DNA of 64,000 nucleotides from Escherichia coli (GTDB lineage Bacteria; Pseudomonadota; Gammaproteobacteria; Enterobacterales; Enterobacteriaceae): NCBI RefSeq assembly GCF_022846255.1, contig NZ_AP025682.1; one strand, 5' to 3'. Shown piece by piece: positions 63,905 to 64,000 of this stretch (position 1 is its first letter; each line of letters starts with the position of its first letter). The notes under the pieces were generated by a model. It saw only the letters and a program-made list of their open reading frames with translations, ran no database searches and was not told where the DNA came from. The position numbers and the translations under genes were made by a program.

Positions 63905-64000
63905 CAATCATTTATGTAAGTTTGAAATAACTTCACATCATCTATTTCTAATAAGCATCCAGTATTAAATGTGTAAATTTTATTTATAGGGTGCAAGGAT

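Overview
Enterobacterial chromosome segment with Escherichia coli gene order, but not K-12-like: it carries a complete second type II secretion system and the start of a group-2 capsule (kps) locus, as in extraintestinal pathogenic strains. Gene identities are recognised by reading the translated ORFs against remembered E. coli proteins; no database search was run. Order across the window: dkgA (partial), yqhD, yqhC, yghB, metC, exbBD, yghA, yqhA, gpr, yghX, yghW, the hydrogenase-2 operon hybOABCDEFG, yghU, gss, pitB, the paralogous P-loop genes yghT/yghS/yghR, yghQ, a ~9 kb accessory block, the glycolate operon glcC-glcDEFGBA, sslE, pppA, yghG, gspC-M, a ~1.2 kb AT-rich kps leader, then kpsM and kpsT. 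The most interesting part is the accessory block (about 25.7-34.9 kb). It holds a translationally coupled operon of a fatty-acyl-AMP ligase, an NAD(P) reductase, an acyl carrier protein and a serine-palmitoyltransferase-like enzyme, with the divergent yghO gene and an adjacent LptF/LptG-like permease pair. That gene set and order match bacterial ceramide/sphingoid-base pathways, so I propose it as a candidate lipid biosynthesis and export system; this is inference and needs homology searches and lipidomics. Several ORF-track starts were trimmed to better-supported start codons. No rRNA, tRNA, CRISPR array or transposase was found.
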